A program made the position numbers and the translations under genes. A model generated the notes under the pieces. That model was given only the letters and a program-made list of their open reading frames with translations. It was not told where the DNA came from and did no database searches. From positions 1-64,000 of IMG/VR virus record IMGVR_UViG_3300020576_002361: 64,000 bases of DNA. The stretch is one strand, 5' to 3'. Positions within the stretch are counted from its first letter, which is position 1; each line of letters begins with the position of its first letter. Shown one piece after another: positions 26,180-36,033 of this stretch. Source of the stretch: a virus. Its lineage: Duplodnaviria > Caudoviricetes.

Positions 26180-27267
26180 GGAATATTAACAGAGTACTCC
26201 TTGTTATACTTGAACACCAAAGTCGGGAGAAGCTGAGGAACATATGATCCATCGGAGAGCATCAATCCTTTTCTTCCATTATCTGCGTTTCTTATGCAAA
26301 CACACACGCTTTCGTGTAAATTCTTGTCGGACGGGCAGATGATATCATTAGCTAGATAAACCAGTTCGTTCTGCGATGGAGCTGAAAATCTATGTTCTAT
26401 CTCAAAAACATCATCAGCCACTATACACACAAAATCGCACTGGTCTGCACCAGCACCAAACAAAGCTTTATGAATAGTATCTTCTTCTGGAATATGTAGA
26501 TATACTCTCTTTGGATTTGTTAACTTATTATCGGTTATAGAAAACTCAGTAGTATTTATATCATTAATACGCTTAATCTTTAGAGCTGATTCGCTTTTAT
26601 CTATATCGTAATGTCTTCTTATAGCACTATTTATCAGTGTATTCTGTTTAGATACATATTCAGCATTTGATAGCTTCAATGAAATATGAAATGGAGTACT
26701 TCCGAGAGAAGAATATAAAGCAATATCAGCCTTTCCGCCACTGCTGCCTACATGCACGCATTTCGTGAAGTAATGGTATCCCAAATCATATCCGTAGTTG
26801 GCTTCATCGTTGGTTATAAAACTTAGCTTTGTAATCTTTCTGGATTGAAAATGGGATGTTAAAATTTCAGCAAGCCGTTCTTCGCATTCTCTGTAATCAT
26901 AGGTTCTATTTATAGGCTTACATACCACACTTATACGGCGAATCCTGTTATTTTTAAAACAAGAAACACCGGCTACAGGGCGTATAGTAATCTCTCCCGC
27001 GGAAGACCTGCTGCTTTCAGTAGAAAGCTTACAATCAACATATTTAGGAAAATTGCTCCACGCAGCATATAAATCCTTCAAAAAGGCTCGCCGATCAAAT
27101 GAAGATTTCCAGTTGCCATATATTATAACATTGGAGTCTCCCTCTGTTTCTGTAGCTATACACAGATCCGGTGTTTCTACATAATCTTCTTTTGAAGATA
27201 AAAACTTAACTTTGATCTTGCTAGTCAACAAAGACGATATTACAAAACCGGTATCAATACAAATCAT
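26176..27267 (-). CDS. Putative PD-(D/E)xK nuclease
   Basis: GGKADIALY...HISLK motif. Confidence 0.5.
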   Translation of the reverse strand: MICIDTGFVISSLLTSKIKVKFLSSKEDYVETPDLCIATETEGDSNVIIYGNWKSSFDRRAFLKDLYAAWSNFPKYVDCKLSTESSRSSAGEITIRPVAGVSCFKNNRIRRISVVCKPINRTYDYRECEERLAEILTSHFQSRKITKLSFITNDEANYGYDLGYHYFTKCVHVGSSGGKADIALYSSLGSTPFHISLKLSNAEYVSKQNTLINSAIRRHYDIDKSESALKIKRINDINTTEFSITDNKLTNPKRVYLHIPEEDTIHKALFGAGADQCDFVCIVADDVFEIEHRFSAPSQNELVYLANDIICPSDKNLHESVCVCIRNADNGRKGLMLSDGSYVPQLLPTLVFKYNKEYSVNIP

Positions 27268-27766
27268 ACCATTTTTTCCATGTGGACTTAGCTCTGCTAG
27301 ACAGAGAAAAGATCAAAGAATGCTTAGTTGGTATATAAGGCTCTCTCAGCAGAGGCATTCCAGCTTCGTCTGGTGTAGCATCAGCCTTCTTAGCATTACA
27401 ATACTTACAACAAGAAACTACATTAGTCCACTCATGCTTACCACCACGACATCTTGGTACCACGTGGTCAAGAGTTTCGACTTCTTTACATAGAGTTTCT
27501 CCGCAATATTGACACTTATAATGGTCTCTTTTGAAGACATTGTTTCTAGTCAGAGATGCGGATTTATATGGAATTCTGGTGTATTCATTTAGGACTAATA
27601 CACTGGGAAGATCATAGTATCCCGTAGGAGTAGCTATGCGATAAAAATCCTCAAAGTTGTGAGGCTTCCCTGCTTTTCCAGAAAAAACAAGATTCACTGC
27701 TCTTTTCCAAGAAATCAGTGATAACACTTCTTCTGAAGAGTTTAGTAGCAAAACAGCATTTTTCAT
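27254..27766 (-). CDS. HNH endonuclease (McrA-like)
   Basis: RNNVFKRDHYKCQYCG...TLDHVVPRCRGG...NVVSCCKYCNAKK; start at ATG 27766. Confidence 0.9.
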   Translation of the reverse strand: MKNAVLLLNSSEEVLSLISWKRAVNLVFSGKAGKPHNFEDFYRIATPTGYYDLPSVLVLNEYTRIPYKSASLTRNNVFKRDHYKCQYCGETLCKEVETLDHVVPRCRGGKHEWTNVVSCCKYCNAKKADATPDEAGMPLLREPYIPTKHSLIFSLSSRAKSTWKKWYDLY

Positions 27767-27769
27767 AAA

Positions 27770-27872
27770 GTGCCTTGGAGGGATTCGAACCCACGTATCT
27801 CGCATATAGATATAAATTTACGTTCCGAATCTATACCCGCTTGCGTTTCCTTATCCGCTCGGACACAAGGCA
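27770..27872 (-). tRNA. tRNA-like gene with 37-nt anticodon loop
   Basis: TGCCTTG/CAAGGCA acceptor, TCC/GGA D-arm, CGCA/TGCG stem enclosing 37 nt, GTGGG-TTCGAAT-CCCTC T-arm. Confidence 0.6.
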
Positions 27873-27873
27873 A

Positions 27874-27946
27874 AGGTCGCGGTTGGATTTGAACCAACGT
27901 ATATTCGCTTTGCAGGCGAACCCTTTGGCCACTCAGGCACACGACC
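27874..27946 (-). tRNA. tRNA-Cys (GCA)
   Basis: TTCGC-CT GCA AA-GCGAA; U73. Confidence 0.9.
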
Positions 27947-27950
27947 GAAA

Positions 27951-28034
27951 TAGGATCGGCGGGACTCGAACCCGCACGTTCTTTCGAACGGAGGATTTTA
28001 AATCCTCCCGGTCTGCCAATTCCACCACGATCCT
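27951..28034 (-). tRNA. tRNA-Leu (TAA)
   Basis: GAGGA-TT TAA AA-TCCTC; long variable arm; A73. Confidence 0.9.
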
Positions 28035-28040
28035 ATGAAG

Positions 28041-28115
28041 TCGACCCGGGGAGAATTGAACTCCCGACCTGACGATTATAAATCATCTGCTCTAAACCAT
28101 CTGAGCTACGAGTCG
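28041..28115 (-). tRNA. tRNA-Ile (TAT)
   Basis: GATGA-TT TAT AA-TCGTC; Ile-like body. Confidence 0.85.
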
Positions 28116-28125
28116 TACACAGAGT

Positions 28126-28153
28126 ATTATACACTCTATTTATCTCAAGTCAA
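28126..28153 (-). promoter_or_regulatory. Promoter TTGACT-N16-TATAAT
   Basis: Upstream of the minus-strand tRNA cluster. Confidence 0.75.
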
Positions 28154-28159
28154 ATCGTT

Positions 28160-29638
28160 TTAATTCCACTCATTGAACTCTTGAGAAACTTGCTTTCCAG
28201 TAAATATATTCTTGTGAGTATACTCTTCCTCCTTCTTAACCGGAGCTATAGAACCCCCAGAGAATAACTTAGGAGCATTGACTGTTGGTTTAGCCTTCTG
28301 TTGAGGTGCTGGAGTTGGTTGCGGAGAAGGTGTACTAGGTGGAGCATTGACAGAAGCATTAACGTCAAAGAATCGCATCTTTGGTTTATCTAGCCCAAGA
28401 ATAAACTTTCTATTCCTAGAAATATCAGAGTATCTATTCTTGAGTTGTTTGATCATAACCTGGCCATATGCTTCTAGTTCATCTGTAGTAACAATAGCAA
28501 ACATCAGGTCTGCTGTATGATTCAATCCTGCGCTTTCTGCGACATTCTCTTGACCAGGATCTGTACTAGCAGCGCCTTCTCTATTAAACTGAGCGGCTGT
28601 CAAAATAGGCACATCAAAATCTTGCGCCATAGCTCTCAACTCTTCTGCTACGGACTTGACTAAGGTATAGGAGTTGGCTGAAGTATTTTTCTTGAACTTG
28701 TAGGATTCGCAGATGTTTAAATAGTCGATTATGATAACATCAGGAGTAAACTTTTTCTTGGACTTCAACTCTTCCAGTAAATGTCTGAAATTCAGAGCAT
28801 TAGCAGAAGAAGTAGGATACTCTTTGATAATCAACTTTCCTTTATAGGCTGATTGTACTTTGTTAATCTTAGCCATAAAGTTTTGCTTAGTCATATACTT
28901 GATGCTGGACAACTCTACGTCAATAAGATTAGCGTCTATTCTTTCTGCGATTCTTTCTTCTGCCATTTCGCAGGTAATATACAGAACATTCAAATTTTGC
29001 TTCAGAGAAGAAGCAGCATAGTGGCAAAGAAAAATAGACTTACCACCACCAGGAGGAGCCAGGACTATGTTTAATGTCTTTCTGGATAGACCACCTTCTG
29101 TAATATCATTCATCAACTCAAGATCAAATGCTATCTTGTGCTGAGGTTGACTATACAAATCAAATCGATTACTAGCATCGTCGAAGTATTCGTGACCGAC
29201 TTGAACATCAAAAGAGATGGACAGAGCTTGTTGAAGAAGCTCTGGAATAATATTCGGAGATTTGTTTGATTTGGATTTATTATCCAGTATTTCTACGGCT
29301 TCTAGTATAGCATTGTAAACCGCTTTGTTTTTACAAAACTTTTCAGTTTCATCCAGAAGCCAGTCTTCAAGCTCTCCACCGGCGTAGGAATAGATTTCTG
29401 ATAGTTCTTTTTTATATTCGTTTATGTCTTCTTGACGCAAAGACAGAGCATCTATAGCTATGGAGATAGCTGACTCCGTAGGAGCTTTTCCATAGGAATC
29501 ATAGAACTCGGATACCAATTCAAAGAGTTTCTTCTCTGACGGATTAGAAAAATACTCTGGCTTAATAAAAGCCAGAGATTTTCTTCTAAACGAATCGTTT
29601 GTTATCAGATTCGCTAGGATTATTCTTTCTATATTCAT
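28160..29638 (-). CDS. 41: Replicative DNA helicase gp41 (DnaB-like)
   Basis: Walker A APPGGGKS, YITCEMAEERIAERIDANL, IKEYPT, IIIDYLNIC, KQLKNRY. Confidence 0.95.
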   Translation of the reverse strand: MNIERIILANLITNDSFRRKSLAFIKPEYFSNPSEKKLFELVSEFYDSYGKAPTESAISIAIDALSLRQEDINEYKKELSEIYSYAGGELEDWLLDETEKFCKNKAVYNAILEAVEILDNKSKSNKSPNIIPELLQQALSISFDVQVGHEYFDDASNRFDLYSQPQHKIAFDLELMNDITEGGLSRKTLNIVLAPPGGGKSIFLCHYAASSLKQNLNVLYITCEMAEERIAERIDANLIDVELSSIKYMTKQNFMAKINKVQSAYKGKLIIKEYPTSSANALNFRHLLEELKSKKKFTPDVIIIDYLNICESYKFKKNTSANSYTLVKSVAEELRAMAQDFDVPILTAAQFNREGAASTDPGQENVAESAGLNHTADLMFAIVTTDELEAYGQVMIKQLKNRYSDISRNRKFILGLDKPKMRFFDVNASVNAPPSTPSPQPTPAPQQKAKPTVNAPKLFSGGSIAPVKKEEEYTHKNIFTGKQVSQEFNEWN

Positions 29639-29646
29639 CGTAGTGT

Positions 29647-29674
29647 ATTATAGCACTTACTATACTTAAGTCAA
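29647..29674 (-). promoter_or_regulatory. Promoter TTGACT-N16-TATAAT
   Basis: Directly upstream of gp41. Confidence 0.75.
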
Positions 29675-29680
29675 CATGAT

Positions 29681-32236
29681 TCAAGTATATAGATCTTTTA
29701 TTGATAGGAACTTGGTGCCTTTATCTGAAAGCTCTTTGTTATTTTTCTTTATATCTTCATAGAAGTTCCAAGCTAACACCACAATCAAATCTGGCTTAAT
29801 AGTATTTGCTATACTACGATCCTTTATGGGAATATTAACACCAGGAATATACTTTCCATTCTTTAGAGCATTATCCTCTATTGTATATACGATATCTTTG
29901 TCTGTTATTCCAAAGAAGTTTAGACCTGTTGTGGCTTTTGCTGGAGATCCATAGGCTGCTATCGTACGGAATATTTTTTTTTGCTCTTCCATGTTCTTTC
30001 TAACAGTTTCTCTTAACTTGTAAACTCTTTCACCGAATGATCTATAAGCCCGTATGCTATCAAGCCCATATTCTCGTTCTGTTTGTATAAAAGCAGCCAC
30101 GTTTTTAGATTCGGTGGAAGACCGGCTTACATACACTCGAATAGATCCACCGTGCGTATTGATATGCTCAACGTCATTCACAAAGTATCCGCAACTTCTG
30201 AAAAAGTTCTTTAAGGACAACACTGACCAATAGTTAGTATGTTCGTGGTATATATTATCAAAAGTCAAATCCTTCATAGTATCTAACAAATACTGAACTT
30301 CAATGATAAACGTACCATTTTCCTTCAACAAACGAAACGCAGCATGGGCTATATCTTTTAGTTTATCAGAGTGCGCAAATACATTCGAGGCTGTAACTAT
30401 ATCAGCCCATCCAAATTCATGTGTTACGCTATCAGCAACATTACTGTCAAAGTATCGGTTATACGTGAGTACCCCGGATTCATTAGCTAACTTTGCTATG
30501 TTTTTGGCTGGCTCAATTCCGAGTACCTTTATTCCTTTTTTCTGGAAAGGTTTCAACGCAATACCATCGTTACTTCCTATATCAACCACAAATGATTCGT
30601 TTGTCAGATTAAATCTAGACACATAGGAATCAGCCGCATCTTCGAAGTGCTTTCTGAAAGTTTGAGATGTGGAAGAAACATACAGATAGTTATCGAACAT
30701 CTTTTCGGGAGGTACAACTACAGAAAGCTGGCAGTTATGGCAAGAAGGGCAATATTTCATCTCAAGAGGGAATAACTCTTCTTTTTCTTGTTTTTCATTT
30801 TTTAAACTGTTGGCTAAAGGAGAAAGACCCAACGAAACTACATCTTCCAAATGCTTATTACCGCAGGATCGGCAAGACTTCTTGTATGTCTCCAAGAGCT
30901 GCTTACGCATGGATTCATCTACAAGAATATACGGTATCGTGTGAGTAATACCATAATTTTCATGTTCTCTTTCGCCTCTTACGAGATTAAGGAATATAGA
31001 ATCTTCCGTAAACACCATAGTATGCGCTACGTTTGGTTTGATTATGGCTATATCACCCTCATTAACTAAACGAGTTTCAACTGGTGCATTTTCTGTAAGC
31101 AAATCTTTAGTTACGCTAATGTACTGACCTTTAACCAGTAAGCATTTTTGCTCTTGAATAGGATGATAGTGATTTGCTCTTACTGTTTCTGCTTTGGATT
31201 CAATATATCCTATCAGGTTAATAGGCTCGGTAAGTTCATAATTTCGTATGATGCCTCTATTGTCAACATACTCCTTTCCCCCTTTGTCCATATACTCCAA
31301 AGACGGATTGATATCCTTCTTTGACCAGTGATGGATCATTTCTTCGAGGCACTTCTTTAGTGAATATCGGAAAGTGAACCCGGTTTTCAGAAGATTTTCA
31401 TTAGAAATAGTATACCCTAGATTAGGAATTTCGTCCTTTGTTTCTACTATAGTAACATTAGGATTTATTTCCTTACAAAGATTAGCAACTTCCTTGATGG
31501 TAGTAGATTCGTTGGAAAGATGAAAAAGTTTTCTAGAAATATCGGATCTTTCCTCCATAAACTTCATACATCTGGCGACATCATAGACAGATACTAGACT
31601 CTTTAACTGAACTCCACCAGAGAACAAACTTATGGTACCATTCATCGAAGTTATCTTTGAGAACAAATTAGGCATTATTCCCATTCTCATAGTATCTGTA
31701 GAGTAACCGTAGACAGAAGCTAAACGAAGAATAACAAAGTTTCTGTTTGAAGCAAACAGATCTTCTTCGTTCTGAACCTTTACTTTGGCATAAGTTAGGA
31801 CCGGGCAAGGAGGAATGCATTCAGAAATATCAGTTTTGGTTTCAGAAAATCCTTCATATACTACGTGTGTTGATGGGAAGATAATCTTTGCGTTTGGATT
31901 AGAATATTTGATAACATTTCGAGTACCTTCCACGCCGACGCAAATTATTTGCTTATCGTGTTCCTCGTTAGATTGTGTCTTGACATAAGCCACGTCTGTT
32001 ATACCAGCTAGATGAATAATCACATCAGCTTTTGAAAGGTGGGGTTCTAAAGCTTTCTCATCTAAAATAGAAGCCTGAACATAATCAATACCCCAATTTC
32101 TTAATTGTGATACCCTTTCCGATACAAATCTATTATCTATTACTGTAATTTTATTTACTCTAGATTCCCCAGAATAAATCTTACAAAGCTCACAACCAAT
32201 ATAACCGAGACCACCGGTAATCACTATATTTTTCAT
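29681..32236 (-). CDS. Fusion of NAD-dependent epimerase/dehydratase, cupin (sugar isomerase/epimerase) and NDP-sugar C-methyltransferase
   Basis: TGGLGYIG and YAKVK; DNRG...RANHYHP...HTM cupin; CRSCG...CPSC zinc site, DIGSNDG, IYHEH, YGSPAK (C-methyltransferase family). Confidence 0.85.
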   Translation of the reverse strand: MKNIVITGGLGYIGCELCKIYSGESRVNKITVIDNRFVSERVSQLRNWGIDYVQASILDEKALEPHLSKADVIIHLAGITDVAYVKTQSNEEHDKQIICVGVEGTRNVIKYSNPNAKIIFPSTHVVYEGFSETKTDISECIPPCPVLTYAKVKVQNEEDLFASNRNFVILRLASVYGYSTDTMRMGIMPNLFSKITSMNGTISLFSGGVQLKSLVSVYDVARCMKFMEERSDISRKLFHLSNESTTIKEVANLCKEINPNVTIVETKDEIPNLGYTISNENLLKTGFTFRYSLKKCLEEMIHHWSKKDINPSLEYMDKGGKEYVDNRGIIRNYELTEPINLIGYIESKAETVRANHYHPIQEQKCLLVKGQYISVTKDLLTENAPVETRLVNEGDIAIIKPNVAHTMVFTEDSIFLNLVRGEREHENYGITHTIPYILVDESMRKQLLETYKKSCRSCGNKHLEDVVSLGLSPLANSLKNEKQEKEELFPLEMKYCPSCHNCQLSVVVPPEKMFDNYLYVSSTSQTFRKHFEDAADSYVSRFNLTNESFVVDIGSNDGIALKPFQKKGIKVLGIEPAKNIAKLANESGVLTYNRYFDSNVADSVTHEFGWADIVTASNVFAHSDKLKDIAHAAFRLLKENGTFIIEVQYLLDTMKDLTFDNIYHEHTNYWSVLSLKNFFRSCGYFVNDVEHINTHGGSIRVYVSRSSTESKNVAAFIQTEREYGLDSIRAYRSFGERVYKLRETVRKNMEEQKKIFRTIAAYGSPAKATTGLNFFGITDKDIVYTIEDNALKNGKYIPGVNIPIKDRSIANTIKPDLIVVLAWNFYEDIKKNNKELSDKGTKFLSIKDLYT

Positions 32237-32239
32237 AAT

Positions 32240-33121
32240 TTATTTCCTTTTATCAAGCCATTCGAAAAGATTTATAGTTGGTTTCCAATCTAACTTCTGC
32301 CTAATATTATTTATATCTGCCAGTGTGTCCTTTGCCTCGCCTGGTCTTTCTTCATGAAACGTTATATTAGAATTGATAAACTTTGCAATATCCAAAATAG
32401 AATAATTTTTACCAGATCCTACGTTAAAAATTTCTCCGTTTATGTTACTATTATAATTCATAGCAAGTATATTAGCACTTATTACATCATAAACATGGAT
32501 AAAATCTCTTCTTTTAGATCCATCTCCCATAATGTGGAGCATATTTTCTTTGTTTTGTTCCAAAAACAATCCAATAACAGGGCAATATTGGCCCTTTATT
32601 GGCGATCTTTCTCCGTAGACATTGAAATATCTAAAAATACAAGTATCTAATCCATACAGAGAAGAATACATTTTACAGAATTGTTCGCCTGAATATTTAC
32701 TTACAGAGTAAGGATTTAAACAATCTATAGAGCATAATTCCGATGTAGGCAATTCATTCGTGAGGCCATATACAGACGAAGTTGACGAATACAAAAATCT
32801 TTTTACTCCATAATACCTAGATTGTTGAAGTAGATGTACAGTACCCAAAACATTTGTCTCAGACGCTAAAATCGGATTTTCTATAGCCAAAGGAATTCTA
32901 GATTCGGCCGCTAAATGAAATACGTAATCTATTTTACCTATTTTTTCAAAAGAAAAATCAATTATGTTTTCTTTATAGTACGTTGCATTTTTGTTGTAAT
33001 AAAAACAATCGTTACATCCAGATAGATTATCTACAACATAAACATCATTTCCATCGTCTATTAACCTATCAACCAAATGCGATCCTATAAATCCATTGCC
33101 ACCGGTAACAAGACATTTCAT
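32240..33121 (-). CDS. NAD-dependent epimerase/dehydratase (extended SDR)
   Basis: TGGNGFIGSH, YSVSK, RYFNVYG, RDFIHV. Confidence 0.9.
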   Translation of the reverse strand: MKCLVTGGNGFIGSHLVDRLIDDGNDVYVVDNLSGCNDCFYYNKNATYYKENIIDFSFEKIGKIDYVFHLAAESRIPLAIENPILASETNVLGTVHLLQQSRYYGVKRFLYSSTSSVYGLTNELPTSELCSIDCLNPYSVSKYSGEQFCKMYSSLYGLDTCIFRYFNVYGERSPIKGQYCPVIGLFLEQNKENMLHIMGDGSKRRDFIHVYDVISANILAMNYNSNINGEIFNVGSGKNYSILDIAKFINSNITFHEERPGEAKDTLADINNIRQKLDWKPTINLFEWLDKRK

Positions 33122-34095
33122 AGATAATTCCCTAATATCTTAGATCCACTATAATCGACAGCAAATTCTAATTTGGAATACCCTATACTATTCATATATT
33201 CTTCCAATTTTCTATGGTTCTTATAAACATATACCATAAAAAACCCTCCGCCTCCGGCTCCTATTATTTTACCACCAAGAACATTATATTGCTTTCGTAA
33301 ATGCTCATATAAGGTATCAAAAGAATTTACAGAAATGTTAGACGAAAGTTTCTTTTTCAACTCCCAATATTCATGCATGAGTATACCATATTCATCGAAA
33401 TTTTGACATTCTATAATTTCAAGCGTTTTATAACCATATTCTTTTATTTTCAATAATAAATCTTCTGTATTACCCTTCATCTTTGATTGTTCTTGTAATA
33501 CATCTGATGCATTCCTTTGTACGTTTAAGTAATAAACTTGAATATTAGATAAAAATAAACTAAAATTCGTGTGTGAAATATTAATGTTCTTAACATTAAC
33601 ATTTCCATATGAATCTATAGTCAAAGTTTTCAGACCACCATACGAAGAAATATATTGATCTTGTTTACCAACTGGTTCATGTAATTTGTTGATTTCTATA
33701 TCACATGCCTCTTCTGCTATTTCGGTAGGATGTCTAGATATTCGTTTGAATTCTCGCAAGGTATTGATCATTCCTACCAAAAAGCTACCAGAAGATCCTA
33801 GTCCAGTATTGGTTGGCACATCTGCTATACTGCATATTTCCGCCGAAGTAATTTGATTCCTCAACAAAACTTCTCTTGCTCTTGTATTTTTTAATTCCGA
33901 GACATTTTTTACTTTTTCGTTTTCAGAATATCTCAGTATTATAGTATTATCAAATACGTTTGGCTTGAAAGTTATGTAACAATACTTATCTATAGCCATT
34001 GTCACTACAAATCCACCATGCCTTTGGTAGAAGGAAGGCAGATCAGTTCCACCACCACCCAGTGTCATACGAAAAGGAGATCTTGATATAATCAT
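33118..34095 (-). CDS. hddA: GHMP kinase, D-glycero-D-manno-heptose-7-phosphate kinase-like
   Basis: SRSPFRMTLGGGGTD, GLGSSG, GKQDQY, GAGGGGF. Confidence 0.8.
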   Translation of the reverse strand: MIISRSPFRMTLGGGGTDLPSFYQRHGGFVVTMAIDKYCYITFKPNVFDNTIILRYSENEKVKNVSELKNTRAREVLLRNQITSAEICSIADVPTNTGLGSSGSFLVGMINTLREFKRISRHPTEIAEEACDIEINKLHEPVGKQDQYISSYGGLKTLTIDSYGNVNVKNINISHTNFSLFLSNIQVYYLNVQRNASDVLQEQSKMKGNTEDLLLKIKEYGYKTLEIIECQNFDEYGILMHEYWELKKKLSSNISVNSFDTLYEHLRKQYNVLGGKIIGAGGGGFFMVYVYKNHRKLEEYMNSIGYSKLEFAVDYSGSKILGNYL

Positions 34096-34799
34096 AATTC
34101 AAATCCAGCTTTTACTGCATCATTATAAAACATCTTAACCGTCTCTAGAGAATATTCTTCCAAATCTTTCCCACGTAACTCATTGAATTTTGTAATTAAA
34201 TCAGAAGGCACGGTAATGATATCGCAACTAATAGCATCAGCTTGGTATATATTATACACTTCTCTCGGAGAAGCCCATAGCACTTCGACATTATCGGATG
34301 GCTTACACTCAACCGCATGAAGTATACTTACGGTGGGATTTATACCAGTATCCGCGATTCTTCCACCAAAAATCGATATTACAGATTGGATGCTAGTATT
34401 TAGAGACTGATATACACTATCAATTTGCTGCTCAGTGAATACAGCCGTAACATTTAATTTAATACCAGAATTCGATAATTCTCGTATAAGATTGTATGAT
34501 GTTTGTTTTTTTGTATTCATTACTGGTATTTTGACATATACGTTATCAGCTAGATCAGAAAGTATCTTTGCCTGCCTATGCATATCATCAAAATCATCTG
34601 CGAAAACTTCAAATGAAATCGGGCATTCCTTGACTGTTGCCAGCACACGTTTAGCGAACCCAATATAATCAGAAACTCCAGATTTTCGCATCAAAGTTGG
34701 GTTTGTAGTAAATCCACTGATTCCATTAATAGATCTATTATTGTAAATATTTGTAATTTGATCGTAATCGGAACCGTCAGCATAGATTTTAATTTTCAT
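34092..34799 (-). CDS. talC: Transaldolase (TalC/FSA family)
   Basis: IYADG, GFTTNPTL, ISFEV, NVYVKIP, NVTAVF, LWASPRE. Confidence 0.9.
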   Translation of the reverse strand: MKIKIYADGSDYDQITNIYNNRSINGISGFTTNPTLMRKSGVSDYIGFAKRVLATVKECPISFEVFADDFDDMHRQAKILSDLADNVYVKIPVMNTKKQTSYNLIRELSNSGIKLNVTAVFTEQQIDSVYQSLNTSIQSVISIFGGRIADTGINPTVSILHAVECKPSDNVEVLWASPREVYNIYQADAISCDIITVPSDLITKFNELRGKDLEEYSLETVKMFYNDAVKAGFEL

Positions 34800-35410
34800 A
34801 ATTTATGTCCATAAAAACAATCATTTTCGTTTGCCATTCCTAGAAATTTATAACCATACGGCTTCAAAAAATCATGCATTCTATCTTTTCTAAATTGAAA
34901 AGTAGATGTCTCTATTCTCATAAATTTAGGCGGGTTTTTTGCAAAATCAAGCCCTTTCAAAACTTGTATTTCATAATCTTCTACATCAAGAGAAAGGTAA
35001 TCAATATGAGAAATATTGTGTTTATCTAGTATGGACTGTAAGGTGAATGCAGGCACTTCTATATTGACTCGTTGTCGTTTTTCTAGTAATGCATTTATAG
35101 ATTCGATACAAGAACAATACTCCGCATCCTTAGTTATTTGCCCGCTGAGGCTATCGCCCACAGAATTTTCTACAAAATTTCCACAAATAGTAGGTTCTGT
35201 ATAATCAGCAGAAACTAAGGCTCCGTGTTCGATTATGTTGGTAGTACTTCTGTTTTTTAGACACTCTGTATATCTGTAAAAATTAGGCTCTACTAAAATT
35301 CCAGACCAACCTAATTCCTTTTCAAGATGTAATGTATTCGACTGATCTATACCGTTATTACACCCAGCTTCTATGTAAAAACCATTGCGAAAATTCAAAT
35401 ATTCCAACAT
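34796..35410 (-). CDS. FkbM-family methyltransferase
   Basis: FYIEAG, GILVEPN, LSLDVEDYE. Confidence 0.85.
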   Translation of the reverse strand: MLEYLNFRNGFYIEAGCNNGIDQSNTLHLEKELGWSGILVEPNFYRYTECLKNRSTTNIIEHGALVSADYTEPTICGNFVENSVGDSLSGQITKDAEYCSCIESINALLEKRQRVNIEVPAFTLQSILDKHNISHIDYLSLDVEDYEIQVLKGLDFAKNPPKFMRIETSTFQFRKDRMHDFLKPYGYKFLGMANENDCFYGHKL

Positions 35411-36033
35411 TATTTTTTCCTCAACAAAGTATGGAATGAGTCTCCATATCTAACTTTATTTGCAAACGGCAATTCAAAAACTCTAAAATACTTAGGAAGA
35501 ATTTCATTAAACCATATTTCTTTAGGAAATACGCTTTGGTGTAATGCATGTCCGTTTATTACATCGGGATTAGGAGCAATACTGGCGCAAAAAATGGAAT
35601 CATCGTGCATGTGGTTCAGTATATTGTTAAAAAAAGATTCTAAATCATCGGGATGTATGTGTTCAACAACCTCCCATGAGGTGATCAAATCAAACATAAT
35701 TTGTTCGGAATTATCCAAAACTTTATACTCTTTCGTGGCGTCACACGTAAAGAGAAGTTTATTATAGAATTCTGGCCAATTAGCTCTTGCGTGTTTTACA
35801 CTATAATCGCTTCCTTCTATACCTACCGCAAGATGTCCCCTCCTATGAAAATCTATAGTAAGTTGACCACCTGAGCAACCAACGTCTAACGTCTTTATTT
35901 TCTTGTGCCCAAAGAACTTTTCTATTTCAAAAATAAATCCATAATCAGTTGTATTATCCCGCATCGTCCCCCACGGGCATATATGATCGGGTGAATTATA
36001 TGCAACCGGATACTTGGTGTCAACACGAATCAT
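35410..36033 (-). CDS. Class I SAM-dependent methyltransferase
   Basis: LDVGCSGG, GIEGS, WEVVEHI; start MIRVDTK at 36033. Confidence 0.85.
   Translation of the reverse strand: MIRVDTKYPVAYNSPDHICPWGTMRDNTTDYGFIFEIEKFFGHKKIKTLDVGCSGGQLTIDFHRRGHLAVGIEGSDYSVKHARANWPEFYNKLLFTCDATKEYKVLDNSEQIMFDLITSWEVVEHIHPDDLESFFNNILNHMHDDSIFCASIAPNPDVINGHALHQSVFPKEIWFNEILPKYFRVFELPFANKVRYGDSFHTLLRKK

Noticed and set aside
27767-28038. HNH N-terminal extension to 27805 and ORF 27775-28038
   Set aside because: They run through tRNA genes; the HNH most likely starts at ATG 27766.
34092-34799. talC as a stand-alone photosynthesis-linked pentose-phosphate AMG
   Set aside because: No zwf, gnd, cp12 or psb genes in the window; it is translationally coupled between heptose-pathway genes.
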